A stretch of 64,000 bases of DNA from a bacterium (GTDB taxonomy: Bacteria > Bacillota_I > Bacilli_A > RFN20 > CAG-826), in NCBI GenBank assembly GCA_963605025.1, contig CAVCSZ010000004.1, forward strand, positions 5,847 to 69,846, given 5' to 3'. The position numbers were made by a program, and so were the translations under genes. Below are positions 9,861 through 19,107 of the stretch, piece after piece. Within the stretch, counting starts at the first letter, position 1, and every line of letters begins with the position of its first letter. The notes below the pieces were generated by a model, which saw only the letters and a program-made list of their open reading frames with translations, was not told the origin of the DNA and ran no database searches.

Positions 9861-9953
9861 GTAAAATAATTACAATTTTTAAAAAAATGTTTCTTTTTTT
9901 AAAACTAATAAAAAGTGTGAATATTTCACACTCTTTATATTATGTAAATATTT

Positions 9954-10097
9954 TTAATTATTAGATTCTGGAACAACGACATCATTTGAATTGTCTTCAA
10001 TTCCAATATGTTCCTCTCTTACTTTTATAGAATAAATAATAATAGCTAAAATAAGAGCTAACATTACTAAAATAACAACAATGTTTAAAATATTCAT
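9954..10097 (-). CDS. small single-pass membrane protein (47 aa), not in ORF track
   Basis: Own translation: MNILNIVVILVMLALILAIIIYSIKVREEHIGIEDNSNDVVVPESNN. GGAGG RBS 7 nt upstream of the ATG (plus-strand CCTCC at 10106-10110). TATAAT box on the minus strand at 10122-10127. Downstream hairpin AGTGTGAA-TAT-TTCACACT (about 9913-9931) is followed by a T-run on the minus strand. Confidence 0.5.
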   Translation of the reverse strand: MNILNIVVILVMLALILAIIIYSIKVREEHIGIEDNSNDVVVPESNN

Positions 10098-10151
10098 AAT
10101 AAATACCTCCTAACGACAATAATTATATACATAAAATAAAAATAAAAAATA

Positions 10152-10165
10152 TGTAAACGGTTTCA
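10152..10165. promoter_or_regulatory. cre box 1 (CcpA-type catabolite responsive element)
   Basis: TGTAAACGGTTTCA matches the cre consensus TGWAANCGNTNWCA at all 14 positions. Confidence 0.65.
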
Positions 10166-10172
10166 TTTTTTA

Positions 10173-10186
10173 TGAAAACGGTTTCA
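10173..10186. promoter_or_regulatory. cre box 2 (CcpA-type catabolite responsive element)
   Basis: TGAAAACGGTTTCA matches TGWAANCGNTNWCA at all 14 positions. It starts 21 bp after box 1 (two helical turns) and shares the 12-nt core AAACGGTTTCAT with it. Confidence 0.65.
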
Positions 10187-10258
10187 TATTTTTTTTCTTT
10201 TACAAAATTATATTATATATATGTCTTTTAAAAGACAACGAATGGAGGATTTAATATT

Positions 10259-10387
10259 ATGTTAGAAAAATTATTCAATGAACAAGAACAAAAACAAGAA
10301 ACAAATAACGAAGTTTACGAAACAGAAAATAACGCAAATAACGTTATGTATATTTATAATTATTTAAATAATAACGATATTTTCTAA
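10259..10387 (+). CDS. small hydrophilic protein (42 aa), not in ORF track
   Basis: Own translation: MLEKLFNEQEQKQETNNEVYETENNANNVMYIYNYLNNNDIF. GGAGGA RBS (10244-10249) 9 nt upstream of the ATG. Terminator hairpin 17 nt downstream of the stop. Confidence 0.4.
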   Translation: MLEKLFNEQEQKQETNNEVYETENNANNVMYIYNYLNNNDIF

Positions 10388-10403
10388 TTGTTCTAAATAT
10401 AAT

Positions 10404-10436
10404 AAAAATGCTTCTTAATAAAGAAGCATTTTTTTA
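10404..10436. terminator. bidirectional rho-independent terminator
   Basis: AAAATGCTTCTT-AATA-AAGAAGCATTTT followed by a T-run. It lies between the small + ORF and the convergent ABC permease gene, whose stop codon it overlaps. Confidence 0.7.
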
Positions 10437-13178
10437 TTCTATTGATTTTAATGATTCTGCCATTGGAACTTTTTTTATTTTTCTTGTTATATAAACATTT
10501 ACTACAAAAGCTGTTAATAAAGAAATTAGTATTCCATATATATAAGTATTAAGATAAATTGTATAACTAAATGATACTAACTCAGTTCTATTTGTATATA
10601 ATACTATAAATTCTAATGGATATCCTAAGAATAATCCTAAAATAGATCCAATTAATGTTAGAATCATAATTTCATAAATTAATGATTTTCCAATTTCTAT
10701 TAAATTAAATCCTAATACTCTTAATGTAGCAGTTTCTCTAATTCTTTCTTTAAAGTTTAGAATTGCTAAATTTACTAAAACAATAACTGCTAAAACAATT
10801 GCAAATACTTTAATTGTATTAGTCATTGTTTTAATTGAACTAACATAACCTTCAATTTTATCATTTGTTTCTTTTCTTGATAAAATTGTTTCTACTTTAA
10901 TATTATCATTTTCATTAATTAATTTAGTAGTTTCATCAATTTTTGAATTATCTTTTAACATTACAGTAGCAGCATTAGCGTTTTGAGGTAACTTATTAAA
11001 TAAAGGATCTTCTATATATAAGAATATTCCTTTAAAAGAAAATGAATAAAATGAATATGCTATTTTGCATTTATATGTATTAGAATTAATTTTAAATTCA
11101 ATTTCATCTCCTACTTTAGCGTTAATTTTTTCTAAAGAAGCTTGAGATATACCTATTTCATTATCATTCCATTCATGTCCATTATCGTATTTAAAATTTT
11201 CTGATTCTTTAGAAATATAATAATAAGTTAATGAATCTTGATTTTCATTTAAAATTGTAGCGTTTCCTAATCCATATTCATTAACTTCTTTAATATTATC
11301 TATTTTTAATAATTCATCTTTATTTGAAGAAAAAGGAACATTTAATGAATATGTTAAATTTAAATCTCCATTTACAAATGAAGTTAAATCTAAATCAATT
11401 CCATAATTTAAAGTATCTTCAATTCCAAATCCACAAATTAATAATCCAGTACATCCCATAACACCTACAATAACCATTATAGATTTATTTAAATGTACTT
11501 TTATATTTCTTAAAGCCATCATTAATGAAGTATTTTTAATAAAAGTTTTCTTATTTTTATATTTAAATTTAGGAGAAGCACTTCTCATTGATTCAACAGG
11601 TGTTAAATTTAATTCTTGTCTTATTAAAATATAAGTTAATATAGACACTAAAAGAATAATAATTAAAATAATTAATAAGCCTGCTAAAACTGGGAATGAA
11701 TAATTCATTGAAGGTAATGAATATAAAATATCATATTTAATATTCATAATCTTAGGTAATAATAAAGGTCCAATTATAAATCCTAAAATAACTCCAATTA
11801 AAGTAATAACATTCATCATTATTGAATAATATATTAATATTTTTGGTTTAGAATATCCTAAAGCTTTTAAAGTACCTATTTGAGTTCTTTCTTTTAATAA
11901 TAATTGAGTAATTGTAGTTAAAACTACTAAAATTGCTACTATAAAAAATATTAATGGAAAGGTTAATGCTAACATTTGAGCTTGTTTAGCGTCATTAACA
12001 ACAGTAGCACATGAAGTTAAATTATCTCTTTTTTGTAATAATAATAAATTATTATTTTCTTTAGATAAAAAATAATCATTTATTTTATCTAATATATCAT
12101 CTACTTCATTACTATTATTTAATTTAATAATAACTTGATCATAAAAATTTTTAAATTCATCTAATTCATATCCATTATCTAAATTACGATTAATTTCAAT
12201 AAATTCACTAGAAATAGTATTTTCTATATCTTTTTTATTATTAATATTTAATATTTTTTTAAGCCTATTTTTACTTACATTATCTAATCCATTATTTATA
12301 AATAAATTTAAAGTTTCATTTAAATAATTATAAGTTAAATTTTCTTCTATTCTATTTAAAATTAATTTTTCAAATAAAATTTTAGACATTAAAAAATTAC
12401 TGCTAGAAAAATTACCACTTTCAATATTTTCAGCATGTTTCATTGTACCAGTAATTCTAACTTTAAAATCAATCTCATTAGATATTTTATTTATTAATAA
12501 ATCTTTTAATATAGAAGGCAAAGATTTTCTTAACATTTTTTCATCACTATTACTAATAGCGTTAGATAAAGTAATTCCTAAATCACTAGTACCTAAATAA
12601 TTTAAAATTAATTCTTTAGTTTTAGAATTTATTTTTAAATCATCTTCTCCAATAAATAAATCTATTAAAGATTCTAATTGAGTTTCTGAGAAACTTAATG
12701 TTATATAATCTCCAATTTTATAATCATTATTTAATAATTTTTGAGATTCTAATACTGTTTCATCTATATAGAAAAAATTAGTAATATTATTATCTTGAAT
12801 TACATTTAGATTATATGGAGAAGATATTGAAGGAACTTTATCATAAATCAATCCATTTAAAGAACTATCATTAAACTTAAAAGAAGGAATATAAATTCTT
12901 TTTTCATATGTTCCTTTATCTTTAATAATATCTTCAATTTTTAATAAATCATTATCTTCTTTAGTTTCTAAATTAGGTATATATGTAGAATAAATATCAC
13001 CCATATTAGTAGTTTCAAAAACATAATTAATTCTTCTATTTAATTCAGTATAATTAGCTTCAAGTCCTATAAATAAAGTAACACTTGTTGCAATAATAAA
13101 TATAATAGCTAAGAATTGTTTAATGTTTTTAAAAATATCTCTGAAACATTTTTTTAAAAGTATTTTACTTGATTTCAT
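10434..13178 (-). CDS. ABC transporter permease, FtsX/MacB-type with two FtsX domains and large extracytoplasmic regions
   Basis: 914 aa. An N-terminal TM helix, a soluble region of about 380 aa, a 3-TM block, a second soluble region and a final 3-TM block. This is the duplicated FtsX-permease architecture, and the gene follows the ATPase gene. Confidence 0.82.
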   Translation of the reverse strand: MKSSKILLKKCFRDIFKNIKQFLAIIFIIATSVTLFIGLEANYTELNRRINYVFETTNMGDIYSTYIPNLETKEDNDLLKIEDIIKDKGTYEKRIYIPSFKFNDSSLNGLIYDKVPSISSPYNLNVIQDNNITNFFYIDETVLESQKLLNNDYKIGDYITLSFSETQLESLIDLFIGEDDLKINSKTKELILNYLGTSDLGITLSNAISNSDEKMLRKSLPSILKDLLINKISNEIDFKVRITGTMKHAENIESGNFSSSNFLMSKILFEKLILNRIEENLTYNYLNETLNLFINNGLDNVSKNRLKKILNINNKKDIENTISSEFIEINRNLDNGYELDEFKNFYDQVIIKLNNSNEVDDILDKINDYFLSKENNNLLLLQKRDNLTSCATVVNDAKQAQMLALTFPLIFFIVAILVVLTTITQLLLKERTQIGTLKALGYSKPKILIYYSIMMNVITLIGVILGFIIGPLLLPKIMNIKYDILYSLPSMNYSFPVLAGLLIILIIILLVSILTYILIRQELNLTPVESMRSASPKFKYKNKKTFIKNTSLMMALRNIKVHLNKSIMVIVGVMGCTGLLICGFGIEDTLNYGIDLDLTSFVNGDLNLTYSLNVPFSSNKDELLKIDNIKEVNEYGLGNATILNENQDSLTYYYISKESENFKYDNGHEWNDNEIGISQASLEKINAKVGDEIEFKINSNTYKCKIAYSFYSFSFKGIFLYIEDPLFNKLPQNANAATVMLKDNSKIDETTKLINENDNIKVETILSRKETNDKIEGYVSSIKTMTNTIKVFAIVLAVIVLVNLAILNFKERIRETATLRVLGFNLIEIGKSLIYEIMILTLIGSILGLFLGYPLEFIVLYTNRTELVSFSYTIYLNTYIYGILISLLTAFVVNVYITRKIKKVPMAESLKSIE

Positions 13179-13183
13179 TTATC

Positions 13184-13903
13184 TTACCATTCAATTTCTT
13201 TAGCAGATTTTGGATTTTCTATTAATTCATTTTTATAAATATTTCCATCTACTACTTGAATTAATCTATCCGCAATAACACTTATTGCTTTATTATGAGT
13301 AACAATAATTACTGTTTTATTATTCTTTTTACAAATTTCATATAATAAATCTAAAATTTGTGCTCCAGTTTTACTATCTAAAGCTCCAGTAGGTTCATCA
13401 CATAATAAAAGTTCAGGGTTTTTACTTAAAGCTCTTGCAATTGCAACACGTTGTTGTTCTCCACCTGAAAGTTGAGCAGGAAAATTATTTTTTCTATTTT
13501 CTAATCCTACTTTATTTAATATTTCATCAACATCTAAAGAATTTTTATTTAAAGAAGCCGCTAAATAAACATTTTCTTTAGCAGTTAAAGAAGGCATTAA
13601 ATTATAAAATTGAAATACAAATCCAATTTTATTTCTTCTAAATTTTGCTAATTCTTTATCATTCATTTTAGTTACTTCTTCTCCAAAGAAATAATATTCT
13701 CCACTTGTAGCGTTATCCATTCCACCTAAAATATTTAATAAAGTAGATTTTCCAGCGCCACTAGGTCCTAAAATAACAACAAGTTCACCTTTATTGATTT
13801 CAAAATTAGATCCTTTTAAAGCCTCAATTAATGCTTCTCCTTTTTTAGAATCACCATATGTTTTTTTAATGTTTTTAATAATAATTTTATCTTTATTTTC
13901 CAT
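13184..13903 (-). CDS. ABC transporter ATP-binding protein (MacB/LolD-like)
   Basis: Walker [11 protein letters not shown]-loop, signature LSGGEQQR, Walker [10 protein letters not shown]-loop VTHN. I prefer ATG at 13903 (MENKDK...) over the track's TTG at 13924, which lies inside the cls coding region. Confidence 0.9.
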   Translation of the reverse strand: MENKDKIIIKNIKKTYGDSKKGEALIEALKGSNFEINKGELVVILGPSGAGKSTLLNILGGMDNATSGEYYFFGEEVTKMNDKELAKFRRNKIGFVFQFYNLMPSLTAKENVYLAASLNKNSLDVDEILNKVGLENRKNNFPAQLSGGEQQRVAIARALSKNPELLLCDEPTGALDSKTGAQILDLLYEICKKNNKTVIIVTHNKAISVIADRLIQVVDGNIYKNELIENPKSAKEIEW

Positions 13904-13907
13904 ATTT

Positions 13908-15503
13908 TTATAATAAAGGAGCAATCATTCTAAGTAAACTCCATCCTAATCTTTTTATCCATTTAGCGTTAACATATTTATTAACATCTTGTAAAGTTGA
14001 AACTTTTTCCATTTCTTCAAAACTTTCAATCATTTTTAAAATTTCTTTATCTTTATAAATACATACACTCATTTCAAAATGTAAATAAAAACTTCTAAAG
14101 TCAAAATTACAAGTACCAGTTAATGCTACTTCATCATCAATAACCATTGTTTTCTCATGATTAAATCCTGGGGTGTATTCATATACTTTAATACCATTTA
14201 ATAAAAACAATGCATAATAAGATTTACTAGCTTGCCAAACCATTTTTTTATCTGGAATTCCAGGAGTAAATATTTTAACATCTACTCCACTTTTACTAGC
14301 GTTTATTAAAGCAGTAATTAATTCATTATCTGGAATTAAATAAGGAGTAGATAACCAAATAGATTTTTTAGCTTTATTAATCATTGTTAAATAAACATTT
14401 CTTAAAACATATTTTTGATCATAAGGCATACTAGAAGCAGGTTGTATAAAAGAATCATTATTAATAATTTCATGATCTAATAAATATTTATTGTTATTGT
14501 AACTAAATATTTCAAAATCTTCTTTATTTTGCTTATCACATATTAATAAATTAGACAAGAAAATAGATGTTAAATTTTGAACAGCTTCTCCTTCTAAATA
14601 TAAAAAATTATCTTTCCAAACACCAAATCTTTGTTTTTTATTTAAATATTCATCTCCAACATTTATTCCACCAGTAAATCCTTTAACACCATCTACTACT
14701 ACAATTTTTCTATGATCTCTACAATTTAATTGAATATTCATTGTAGGTTTTAAAGGATTAAAACGATAAGCTTTAATTCCATCTTGTCTTAAAATTAAAT
14801 TAAAGTTTTTAGGTAAATATGTTGAACATCCAAAATCATCATAAATAACTCTTATATCAATTCCTTCTTTAGCTTTTTCTTTTAATGCTCCAATTAATTC
14901 ATCAAAGAAATATCCATATTCAATGATAAAATATTCTACAAAAATAAATTTTTTAGCACTTTTTATCATCTTAATTAAATCATCAATTCCATCTTCTCCG
15001 AATTTATAATATTTAATATTAGTATTTTTATAAACAGGGAAATTAGAATTAGAAATTAAACATGCTAAATTATAATATTCAGGTACTTTTTCTTTAACTT
15101 CATTTAAAGTATCTTCATTATAATGTAAATTTTTATGTTTTCTTAAAAATCTATTAATTCTATTATTTTCAATTCTTTCTAATTTTTTAGTAGTAACTTT
15201 ATTTGCAAATAAAATATAAAGAACTACTCCTAAAAAAGGAAAAGCTGCAATTAAAGCTACCCAAGTCATTTTATAATCAATTTGACTTTTACTATTTACA
15301 ATAAATAATGCAAAAATTAAATTTAATAATAAAACAGAACATATTCCAATAATTGCGTAAATTTCATCACTTGCAAAATATAATAATAAAATTAATCCTA
15401 AAACTAATAAAGTTTGTAAAAAGAAAGCAAATGCAACAAAAAATAATCTTGCATGAAAATGTTTTCTTTTTCTTTTTTCTTTAATAACTTTTTCTTTTTT
15501 CAT
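13908..15503 (-). CDS. cls: cardiolipin synthase (PLD superfamily)
   Basis: 531 aa. N-terminal TM helices and two HKD motifs (HRKIVVVDG... and NHEKTMVIDD...). Confidence 0.9.
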   Translation of the reverse strand: MKKEKVIKEKRKRKHFHARLFFVAFAFFLQTLLVLGLILLLYFASDEIYAIIGICSVLLLNLIFALFIVNSKSQIDYKMTWVALIAAFPFLGVVLYILFANKVTTKKLERIENNRINRFLRKHKNLHYNEDTLNEVKEKVPEYYNLACLISNSNFPVYKNTNIKYYKFGEDGIDDLIKMIKSAKKFIFVEYFIIEYGYFFDELIGALKEKAKEGIDIRVIYDDFGCSTYLPKNFNLILRQDGIKAYRFNPLKPTMNIQLNCRDHRKIVVVDGVKGFTGGINVGDEYLNKKQRFGVWKDNFLYLEGEAVQNLTSIFLSNLLICDKQNKEDFEIFSYNNNKYLLDHEIINNDSFIQPASSMPYDQKYVLRNVYLTMINKAKKSIWLSTPYLIPDNELITALINASKSGVDVKIFTPGIPDKKMVWQASKSYYALFLLNGIKVYEYTPGFNHEKTMVIDDEVALTGTCNFDFRSFYLHFEMSVCIYKDKEILKMIESFEEMEKVSTLQDVNKYVNAKWIKRLGWSLLRMIAPLL

Positions 15504-15506
15504 ATA

Positions 15507-16172
15507 TTAATAATCTCTCAAATTAGGGTTTCTTTTTTCAACTTCTTTTAAAATTTCTTTATAATTTTTTACCATTTTTTTATTTAAAGTTTTTAATTTT
15601 TTCTTTGAATTATGTCCTTTTAAAAACATAATAGAATCAATATTAAATTCTTCTGCACATTCATAATCATGAAGAGTATCTCCAATTAAAACACAATTAT
15701 CTTTATTTAAATTATGTTTATTAACAAATTCTTTACCATATTCAATTTTACTCTTACTTTCTGAATCATTACTTGCAATAAAATCAGTAAATAAATCTTT
15801 TATTTTTAAATATTCTAATTGTTCTTTTAATAAATTAATTTCAGTAGCACTTAAAATATATAATTTAAATCCTCTTGCTTTTAATTCACATAACACTTCT
15901 TTTTCATTTTTAAAAAGATGAGATTCTTCTTTCCGTCTTTTTAAATACTCATTAAAAAAGTCATTATTCATTTTTTTATAATCATAATCTTTAGAATTTA
16001 ATCCTAAAGCATCATAATATTTATTAATTGGATTAATAAATGTATCTTTACATCTTTTCTTAGAAAATCCTTTATAACCTAAAGATTTAAAAATATTTTT
16101 TTCAATATTATAAGTTACATCAAAATCATCTAATAAAGTTCCATTAAAATCAAAAATAATTGAATCTAACAT
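15507..16172 (-). CDS. HAD-superfamily hydrolase (phosphatase, PGP-like)
   Basis: Motif I DSIIFDFNGTLLDD, motif II LSAT, motif IV GDTLHD. 221 aa. Confidence 0.8.
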   Translation of the reverse strand: MLDSIIFDFNGTLLDDFDVTYNIEKNIFKSLGYKGFSKKRCKDTFINPINKYYDALGLNSKDYDYKKMNNDFFNEYLKRRKEESHLFKNEKEVLCELKARGFKLYILSATEINLLKEQLEYLKIKDLFTDFIASNDSESKSKIEYGKEFVNKHNLNKDNCVLIGDTLHDYECAEEFNIDSIMFLKGHNSKKKLKTLNKKMVKNYKEILKEVEKRNPNLRDY

Positions 16173-17062
16173 TATTTAATATCCTTTTTTGAACTTTCTA
16201 AAAATAAGATATATCCATTAAAAGGATCATCTTTTTCTAAATCAAATAATTTCTTATTTAATTCATCTTTTTCTTCTAAAATTGAACTAATATCTTCATT
16301 TTCAAAAGATTTATTTAATTTATTTAAAATAGAAATTTCATTTTCTAATAATTCTTTATATTTAGGATCATCATTATTTTCTTTCTTCATAAATAATTTA
16401 ATAATTAAATCTTTTGTTAAATCAATTCTTTTAATTTTTAAATCTAATAAAGAATTATCTTCTTCTTTAGGTGATTCTTCATTTAAATCAAGTCTTTCTT
16501 CTAAATCAAAATTTTCTTCATTTAAATTTTCTTCTTCACTACTTAAAACATTTTCTTCTACTTTTTCTTTAACTTCTTCAAAAGATTCGTTTTCTTTTTC
16601 TTCTAAATCATCATTAGATTCATCTTCATTAAGTGTAATATTTTCATTAATATCTTCATCCAAAATAGCATCTAAATCTTCTTCTTTTTCTTCACGATGT
16701 TCTAAATTAATAACTTGATCTTGGAAAGTTTCTTCATCTTTAAAATCATTTTTAATAGAATTATTAAATCCATCAAGTAAGTTAAAATCATCATCAAAAT
16801 TAGAGATTTCTTTTTTATCTTCTTTATTAACTTTATTTCTATTAAATACTCTATCATTTGTTAAATCATAAAGATCTTCTCCTCCACAAAAAGGACAAAC
16901 ATCTTTATTATCAAAAACTCTTCCACATGATACACAACGAAGTGTAGCGTTAGATTCACCAGAATCATTAACAGTAATGATTTTATCTCCACCTACTCCA
17001 CAACAAGTACAGACATCACTTCTATTACTAAATTGTCCACAAACAGTACATTGATATTTCAT
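16172..17062 (-). CDS. double zinc-ribbon protein with long acidic low-complexity tail
   Basis: N-terminus has CTVCG...CTCCG and CVSCG...CPFCG pairs (two 4-Cys knuckle modules). A region of about 200 aa rich in E/D/N/K follows. No recognisable enzymatic motif. Confidence 0.6.
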   Translation of the reverse strand: MKYQCTVCGQFSNRSDVCTCCGVGGDKIITVNDSGESNATLRCVSCGRVFDNKDVCPFCGGEDLYDLTNDRVFNRNKVNKEDKKEISNFDDDFNLLDGFNNSIKNDFKDEETFQDQVINLEHREEKEEDLDAILDEDINENITLNEDESNDDLEEKENESFEEVKEKVEENVLSSEEENLNEENFDLEERLDLNEESPKEEDNSLLDLKIKRIDLTKDLIIKLFMKKENNDDPKYKELLENEISILNKLNKSFENEDISSILEEKDELNKKLFDLEKDDPFNGYILFLESSKKDIK

Positions 17063-17065
17063 AAA

Positions 17066-18328
17066 TTAACTCCTTTTAAATTTTTCAATTTCATCTATTT
17101 CTTTAATTATATCTTTTGATAAACATTCACATCCATTTTTAGTGATTAATAAATCATCTTCAATTCTTACACCAATTCCTAATTTTTCAAAATATAAACC
17201 AGGTTCATCACTAATTACATTTCCTTCTTTTAAAGGTATCATAGAATATCTAATACTAGGATCTTCTTCATAATATGCTACATCATGAGTATCTAAACCA
17301 ATAAAATGAGAAACACTATGGAAATAAACTTCTTTAATATCTTCTTCTTTTTCTATTAATTTTTCTTCTACACATTTTTTAGCCATATATTCAGTAACTA
17401 AATTATTTAATTCTTTAATAGTAATACCAGGTCTTGCTTTTTTAATTACTAATTTATTAGCGTCTAAAACAATTTGATAAATTTTCTTTTCTAATGAAGT
17501 AAATTTATTTCCGATTGGAAATGTTCTTGAAATATCTGCACAATAATATTTATATTCACTTCCTAAATCAAATAAAATTAAGTCATCTTTCTTTAATGAG
17601 TCAAAACTAGTTGTGTAATGTAAACAAGTAGCATTCTTTCCTGCAGCAGAAATTGTAGGAAAAGATAATTCACAATGTTCAAAAGAATGAATTGTATGAT
17701 AAAAAAGAGAAGCTAATTCATATTCATTTTTACCTTCAATAGAATTCTTTAATAAAATTTTTAATCCATTATTAGTATTATTAATTGCTTCTTTAAAACA
17801 ATTTATTTCATATTCAGATTTAATCATTCTTAATGAAGAAATAATTGGATAAATATCTTTAAATGTTATTTTATCATTAATTAATAATAATTCTTTTTTA
17901 AAATCATTAACATTATAATGTTCTTTAATATCATAAAATAATGAAAAATCTAAATAAATATTATTATTTTTAGTTAATAATTTTTTTAAATCAATTTCAA
18001 ATTGATTTAAAAATAAACAATTCTCAATATAAGAAATATTTTTAGCTTCTTCTAAAGTTAATCTTTTACCAGTCCATTTTTCAATTAAAGGATTATAATC
18101 AGAAACATATAAAGTTTCTCTAATTAATCCATCTTCTTTTTTAATAATTAAAATTGAACCTTCTTGATCAATCCCTGTTAAATAATAAAAATTTCTATTA
18201 ATTGAAAAAGGATAATATTCATCTTCACTTTTAATTTTAGAGACTCCTCCAAATAAAATAAGTAATGAATTATTTTCCATTTTTTCTATTAATTTATTTC
18301 TTCTTAAAATTAATTCTTCTTTATTCAT
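17066..18328 (-). CDS. pepP: Xaa-Pro aminopeptidase (M24B family)
   Basis: 420 aa. Creatinase-like N-domain, then pita-bread fold motifs DLG..Y..Y.ADISRTFP, HSVSHFIGLDTHD, EPGLY and RIEDD. Confidence 0.85.
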   Translation of the reverse strand: MNKEELILRRNKLIEKMENNSLLILFGGVSKIKSEDEYYPFSINRNFYYLTGIDQEGSILIIKKEDGLIRETLYVSDYNPLIEKWTGKRLTLEEAKNISYIENCLFLNQFEIDLKKLLTKNNNIYLDFSLFYDIKEHYNVNDFKKELLLINDKITFKDIYPIISSLRMIKSEYEINCFKEAINNTNNGLKILLKNSIEGKNEYELASLFYHTIHSFEHCELSFPTISAAGKNATCLHYTTSFDSLKKDDLILFDLGSEYKYYCADISRTFPIGNKFTSLEKKIYQIVLDANKLVIKKARPGITIKELNNLVTEYMAKKCVEEKLIEKEEDIKEVYFHSVSHFIGLDTHDVAYYEEDPSIRYSMIPLKEGNVISDEPGLYFEKLGIGVRIEDDLLITKNGCECLSKDIIKEIDEIEKFKRS

Positions 18329-19107
18329 TATAATTTCCTCAATTCTTCAATAATTACATCAATATCATTATTTTCTATATCATAAATTCTTCCTTTATCT
18401 ACTAAATCTAAATTTAATGAAGATAAAGGTAAAGAAGTATATGTTTTAATATCATTTTCTTTAGATATTTCTTTTAATCTACTTTGTCCAAATAAATTTA
18501 TTTTTTCTTTACAATTAGGACATTCAATATAAGACATATTTTCAATAAGTCCTAAAATAGGAATATTTAATAATTTAGCCATCTTTATAGATTTGGTAAC
18601 AATTAATTTTACTAAATCTTGAGGTGTAGAAACAATAATTACTCCATCTACTTTTAAAGATTGATATGCAGTTAAAGTAATATCACTTGTTCCAGGAGGC
18701 ATATCTATTAATAAAAAATCTAATTCTCCCCAATAAACATCACTATAAAATTGAAGTAATAATGAAGTAGTAAGTTGACTTCTCCATACAATTGGATCAT
18801 CTTCTTTTGATATCATTAAATTACTTGAAACAATCTTTATACCTTCTTTAGTAATAAAAGGAAATACTAATCCATTTTGATCTCCTTCTAATTTATCTTT
18901 AATTCCAAACGCTCTAGGAATTGAAGGACCTACAATATCTCCATCAATAATACCAACTTTATAACCTAATTTATTTAATTTAGATGCTAATAAAGAAGTA
19001 ACAAAGCTTTTACCTACTCCACCTTTTCCACTAGAAATACAAATTAAATGTTTAATTTTATTTAAAGAATTAGTTTCTATTTTTTCTATCTCACTCATTT
19101 TAAACAT
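18328..19107 (-). CDS. Mrp/NBP35 (ApbC) family ATP-binding Fe-S cluster carrier
   Basis: Deviant Walker A SGKGGVGKS, DMPPGT switch, and CPNC cysteine pair. 259 aa. Confidence 0.85.
   Translation of the reverse strand: MFKMSEIEKIETNSLNKIKHLICISSGKGGVGKSFVTSLLASKLNKLGYKVGIIDGDIVGPSIPRAFGIKDKLEGDQNGLVFPFITKEGIKIVSSNLMISKEDDPIVWRSQLTTSLLLQFYSDVYWGELDFLLIDMPPGTSDITLTAYQSLKVDGVIIVSTPQDLVKLIVTKSIKMAKLLNIPILGLIENMSYIECPNCKEKINLFGQSRLKEISKENDIKTYTSLPLSSLNLDLVDKGRIYDIENNDIDVIIEELRKL

Noticed and set aside
9671-9964. 97-aa plus-strand ORF from the track
   Set aside because: It overlaps the 5' end of the lipoprotein gene on the opposite strand, then runs through that gene's promoter and the terminator of the small minus-strand ORF. 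It has no RBS. Better explained as non-coding.
10221-10265. 14-codon mini-ORF (MSFKRQRMEDLILC) upstream of, and overlapping, the 42-aa ORF start
   Set aside because: No RBS, and it overlaps the palindrome and RBS of the better-supported ORF. Most likely fortuitous.
13904-13924. Track start (TTG at 13924) for the ABC ATPase, which would give a 17-nt overlap with cls
   Set aside because: It needs a TTG start inside cls with no RBS. The ATG at 13903 gives a normal N-terminus ([17 protein letters not shown]). Similar N-terminal trimming was applied to apt (38270), coaX (43628) and the first CNNM gene (31261), based on RBS positions.
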